A stretch of DNA of 64,000 nucleotides from Trichoplax adhaerens (Eukaryota > Animalia > Placozoa), in the NCBI RefSeq assembly GCF_000150275.1, contig NW_002060946.1:4421454-4485453 (forward strand), written 5' to 3'. Under the pieces are notes generated by a model. It was not told the DNA's origin and searched no databases. It worked only from the letters and a program-made list of their open reading frames with translations. A program made the position numbers and the translations under genes. The number at the start of each line of letters is the position of its first letter. Within the stretch, counting starts at the first letter, position 1. Below are positions 53,913 through 64,000 of this stretch, piece after piece.

Positions 53913-55922
53913 GAAATTTTTACAATTTCATTAGACCTTTAAAAGACATTGATTATCATAAACAGTTTGTAAGGTAATGATTTTATATGCAACAATTAGG
54001 TAGCTATAATTACATGTATACACATCTATGATGGTATTTATACTGTATTGTTCTTGTATGACTGAACCTTAGTCGCTCTTTATTACTCTTATATACTACT
54101 GTACCATTTACTGTACATCATAATTTAAGTTTAGTTTATCTATCCATATAATTCATTGCTTCCTGAAATTGAATCATCATTTGTAAATCTCTTATGGCCT
54201 TGGAGCTGCTATTCTAACTAAGGTTGTAAATTCTACTACATCGATAAAGAAAACGACCGTACGATTCAAGTGTAGATAAAAGTAGAATTGGTGATTTCCA
54301 ACGATAAATCTGAATTATTGATGTATACCGGTTATAATAATATTTAATTATGTCCCTTTCAATACTATTCATGATATTGATAAATTATATACATTGTTCT
54401 GTTTTATAATGTAAAGGAAATCAACTGATATGAATTTTCAGTTTGTTCTAGGCCTTGTACAGGTGTGTATGTGCTATTCATCATATACTGTATCTATACA
54501 TACATCATCCAATTATTATTTACTAATGTACGTATACCATGCTCGTGCACCGTGCACAAGTTATCAGATACCCATTAAAGGTACCTCTAAAGTGTATGAT
54601 TTGTAAATAACAATCATCAATATTCGGAAAAATCCTGGAATCAGGATAATGTACAATAATTTTGCTTGATTTAGCTGTAAACTTTACAATTTATCAAGCC
54701 TTCAACGACATCCATACGCATGTATGCATATCGTCTGAAATAGCAGTTATCTCGAGTTCTATCCATATCTATTTATCATTCAATTATGTTATATAAGTAT
54801 ATAATCCGCTGCATTACAGCATATGATCTATACTCCCATTTTTTTACCATTAATCATGAGCAAACACTAACGCTCGAAAAATATGTACAACCGATATATA
54901 TTTTCTCTTATACATACTGTATAGTGCTACAGTATTGATAAGGTACTGATACCAAAATATCTACTGTATACCTAAAAAGGAAATGATGAGGATTCTTGGA
55001 CTTGGTGATTACTCCATCTACATTAGTTCTACAGCAGTGGTCAACTTTTACTCAATTGATTGATGTCTTCATTGCTTTACCATAATGCACATTAGGATTA
55101 GTGCTTCTTCTATCTGTAGCAGTTTCTCTATAAAAAAATACGACAATTATTCACGCATAATGTGTACAGTAATTCTTAAGCCAACAATCAAGTTGTATCT
55201 CATCACACTCAACATCAGCAAAACTATGCTCTACAAAGTCACATCGCCATAAACTGCTGTAGTTTGGAGATAGTGAATTGTACTAATTTGAGAGATTTGT
55301 ATGCAGTGGCTACCACTTGAATTCCAGAAATATAGTATCCATCTAGAAACGGTTTTGTAAAGTGTACTCTACGACTTGAGTGATAGCTTTTAGTAGAATG
55401 GCCAGAAACGTAGTCAACCTTAGGATTATGTTGTACTGAAAGGCCGTTGGCCTCTCTTTCCTTTTAGTACTGTACAAATGGTGGGGATTAGCTTAACGTC
55501 CTATCTAAGTCCTATCACTTCGCTGACCGAAAGAACACAATTCTAATGTTTAGTAATGTCCTACACAGTACACCCTGAGTTGTTGGGTGGACAGCCATTT
55601 GGCCTCATTTCGTCAGTAAATTGTGTCAAAGACTTGGTTATGGCGAGACTTTAGTATAACGAGAGTGGATTTTGAATTGACTGATTTTTTGTAAATGAAG
55701 TAATATTACATTTGTATCCCATTGGCTGTTACTAAGCTCTGTGGATCCACCTGAAAGAACAACTCCTATAAATACTATACAGTACAGTGTAGCTCTGCTT
55801 GGAAGTAGTAACTTAGATGATCCATGTTATTTCAATGAATACCAATGATTTCGAAAACAGATACGGAAAATCTATGGTATACTGAGTGATTATTTTTCGA
55901 CATTTTCGGCCTCATTGGGTAC

Positions 55923-56858
55923 AGTATTGAAAGTCCGTCTATCCGAGGGGAGTGTCCGGTCGGATTCGGTCCGGCCCAGCCCAGGTCTATCGAGTGGTCT
56001 ATGGCTGAGTAGGCTGCGACGTGGATTGCATACAGTATGGTGTAAAGTGTACGGTTCTGGTCTTTCGACATAGTGAAATGACCAGCCGTGGTTCGACTAA
56101 TCGCTGCCATTCTAGTATTGAAAGTCCGTCTATCCGAGGGGAGTGTCCGGTCGGATTCGGTCCGATCCAGGTCTATCGAGTGGTCTATGGCTGAGTAGGC
56201 TGCGAAGTGGATTGCATACAGTATGGTGTAAAGTGTACGGTTCTGGTCTTTCGGCATAGCGAAATGACCAGTCACGGTTCGACTAATCGCTGCCATTCTT
56301 GTATTGAAAGTCAGTCTATCCGAGGGGAGTGTCCGGTCGGATTCGGTCCGGCCCAGGTCTTTCGAGTGGTCTATGGCTGAGTAGGCTGCGAAGTGGATTG
56401 CATACAGTATTGCGTAAAGTGTACGGTTCTGGTCTTTCGGTATAGTGAAATGACCAGCAGCAGTTCGACTAATCGCTGCCATTCTAGTATTGAAAGTCCG
56501 TCTATCCGAGGGGAGTGTCCGGTCGGATTCGGTCCGGTCCAGGTCTTTCGAGTGGTCTATGGGCTGAGTAGGCTGCGAAGTGGATTGCATACAGTATGGT
56601 GTAAAGTGTACGGTTCTGGTCTTTCGGCATAGCGAAATGACCAGCAGCGGTTCGACTAATCGCTGCCATTCTAGTATTGAAAGTCCGTCTATCCGAGGGG
56701 AGTGTCCGGTGGGGTTCGGTCCGATCCAGATCTTCGAGTGGTCTTATGGCTGAGTAGGCTGCGAAGTGGATTGCATACAGTATGGTGTAAAGTGTACGGT
56801 TCTGGTCTTTCGGTATAGTGAAATGACCAGCCGTGGTTCGACTAATCGCTGCCATTCT
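55923..56858. repeat. GC-rich tandem array, exactly 5 copies of ~186 bp, abutting the KARS1 promoter
   Basis: Copies start at 55923, 56114, 56300, 56486 and 56673 (lengths 191/186/186/187/186). High identity, sharp boundaries, internal hairpins. Confidence 0.97.
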
Positions 56859-57156
56859 CCGGCTGTAGCGACGTCACTTCTTCCTTCAAGTACGACGTGC
56901 AGCGACGTGACACTTCAGTCGCCTCACTCGTACTCTTAAACCATGGTAACAGCCTGGTGTGTCTTCACCAACGGGATACATGAACGTTTTAGCCAGGCGA
57001 ATACCTCATTACTTGACTAATACCGTGGTTAGGGGTAAGTCCAGTACAGTACTGTCAGGCACATACTGTTGTAGACAGTTGAAATTACTGCGAGTCTTGC
57101 CGACTGGCCATTGCCCATTTCCTCCATCTGCAGGCGGCGGCACACGTGGATTGACT

Positions 57157-61976
<4,820 letters not shown>

Positions 61977-63018
61977 AAACTTCGTCACGAAGACATTTGG
62001 TGACCTCAAGGTGAAAGAGTTCAACTAGACCGCTTGAAAGAATACAAGTATCAAGGGATTATATACTATTAATATCATCTCCCTTGCAAGTACTGTAGTC
62101 TCGAAAGGTTATATTAAATTTTTCAGTACCACATCAGATACTAGATACAAATAAAGTTCCTCGAACTTGAGTATATTTTTTGCAACTCTTTGGAATGAGG
62201 TCTTTACGATAACTAGGGACTCCAAATATTAGAATCTGCTGAAATGTTCAGCTAATATAATAAAAGTAGCATAGTAATCACATTAATTATAGCGAATTTG
62301 TTTTTAGTCTTACAATAATTTATCATACTGCATATACCTACCTACTTTATCACTTATTGTATATGTTATACAATTTTATAATAAAACATACAATTGCAAT
62401 GAAGGCTTTGTCTGCGGTATTTATCGAAATCTGCAGTTGGCTGCTTTTACATATTTTTACATTATCATAACGGACCTGATGGGTGTCATTGAAAATATTA
62501 AGGCGATAGCATAGCCATAACGCACAAGTGCCTATACGAAATATTTACGTACAAAAACTGTACACTAAACACAGACGTGATTTCATCGTCATTGGAAAGC
62601 AATTTTGCATTTTAAACTAGTGCATCGGCACCATATATCGGACGGGTGGATATTGTACTGCATATATTATGTTATACAATACAGTACTCGTTTTACAGGC
62701 TCTTGTCAACAAGAATATAGTATATTCAATCTTTTATTTTATATTATAAATAATTAATATATCTTATTTCATTTTTAAATGGATTATCTTGTATACAACT
62801 AAATATATAGGAGTATCACGCGTTTACGTAAAAAATAGTTACCACAGTATTTGACACATTTTAATAACATTTCAAGTAGCTCCACCAGATAAAACTGTTA
62901 CCTTTACAGCTACACATACGATCTCGGCGTCTGTAATTGATGATCCGAAAATCTGCTTACAAACTGATGAATAAATTCTATAGTATTTTCAAATTGAGAA
63001 GCTAAAATAATTTTACCT

Positions 63019-63864
63019 TCATTGCGTATCTGTATCATGAACCGGTCTTAACGAATTATAATGGTTACCGAGGGCATACTGATATTGATGAAAAGATAAT
63101 CTTATCTTATTTTCTACATCGTACTGCTCTCCAATGTTTATGATGGATCCATTGGCCTGATATATATCCACGGGTACGTTGTAAACATTAGACAATGCAA
63201 GGATCTACAGTCATCGAAAAATTTAGTGTATTGCTTTAGAAATATTGCGTTACACTGTAGATGATATTACATTTCACAATTTTTTCAGTGACATTTAATA
63301 TTCCATGCATAAGGAACCGTAATCACAGTGCGAAAATCTTACTTCTAATTGACCACCCCACTTTGCTGTTTCAGTGATATTTTGGCAATAGGATTTAAAC
63401 TCTTCTGTACGATCAAGTTAGAAGCATACAGTACATGTAAACATTTCGTAAAATTTTTAAGAACTGCGGAATAATTTCTGAACTCGATATACGAAGCTTT
63501 TTAAAATCATTATTTGCAATATTAAATTTGTCAAAGCACAAAAGTACTATACCAGATGCAAGAGAGCTATCATTTCCATCCAAAGCTATAAAAGGTACAA
63601 ATTCGCTTTCATGGGCTACCATATAGTCAGCTGTTTGTTGTCGAAGATCGCTAACTGTTGCCTACAGCCAGATAAATTTTTATATGAAGGATTAGACTAT
63701 TTATTATTAATTATTTCAGTATCCTTAGAACAACAAATTGTTATCGCTTTTATTCAATTGAGGGATGCCATGGAGGCACCGCATTATGTAATAAGTGTAT
63801 GATTTACTTTGATACCTTAGTTCCTAAGCGAGTATCGAGTTGGTCGGAAATAGCATAATATAAA
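63019..63864 (-). CDS. OTUD6B: OTU deubiquitinase OTUD6B, last four exons (5' part lies beyond the window)
   Basis: (C)LYYAISDQL…|ATVSDLRQQTADYMVAHESEFVPFI…|EEFKSYCQNITETAKWGGQLE|ILALSNVYNVPVDIYQA…YALGNHYNSLRP…* matches the OTU core of the OTUD6 family. Stop at 63019. Confidence 0.9.
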
Positions 63865-64000
63865 CTAAATGAAATACAAGTAAAATTTAACGAATTTTAC
63901 TGTTCTATTTAAAAGCATAGCAGTTAATCGATAAATTTGTCTAATTTGACACTTAAATATAAGACGAAAGATTATCTCAGGTGTTCAGTAAAGTAGACAC

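Noticed and set aside
55880-55925. Hammerhead-like string on the minus strand (CCAATGAGGCCGAAAATGTCGAAA)
   Set aside because: The core reads CCAAUGA instead of CUGAUGA (essential G5 missing), and stems I and III do not form convincingly.
56393-56632. 79-aa plus-strand ORF in the array
   Set aside because: By-product of the repeat; other copies have stops in this frame.
55923-56858. CRISPR array or known self-cleaving ribozyme in the 186-bp array
   Set aside because: No unique spacers and a eukaryotic context. No hammerhead, HDV or twister core could be fitted by eye.
63611-63802. Plus-strand 63-aa ORF and similar short antisense ORFs across the window
   Set aside because: They lie antisense to real exons or introns (here OTUD6B) and are expected by chance.

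Overview
A gene-dense, AT-rich, intron-rich animal genomic window. The compact introns and gene content suggest an early-branching metazoan, most likely a placozoan such as Trichoplax; this is an inference. Manual splicing supports 13 protein-coding genes: ANKAR-like (+), CIAO2B/FAM96B (-), OXA1L (+), TTC5 (-), CNBD1 (+), a BASS4/SLC10A7-type symporter (-), ATMIN (-), SLC66A2/PQLC1 (+), WDR59 (-), RABGGTA (+), an unnamed 181-aa four-TM protein (+), KARS1 (+) and the 3' part of OTUD6B (-). A tRNA-Ala(UGC) is nested in CIAO2B intron 2. Other signals: two minor-spliceosome (U12) introns (AT-AC in CIAO2B, GT-AG in RABGGTA), a probable GC-AG intron in WDR59, a perfect RFX X-box upstream of CNBD1, a Helitron-like element with internal repeats, and several short near-perfect hairpins. 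Tandem arrays sit near promoters, most notably a GC-rich, structured 5 x ~186-bp array abutting the KARS1 promoter. Most genes have human orthologues on 16q, 14q11-12, 8q21 and 18q23, consistent with an ancient linkage group. Exon boundaries were read by eye and may be off by a few bases.
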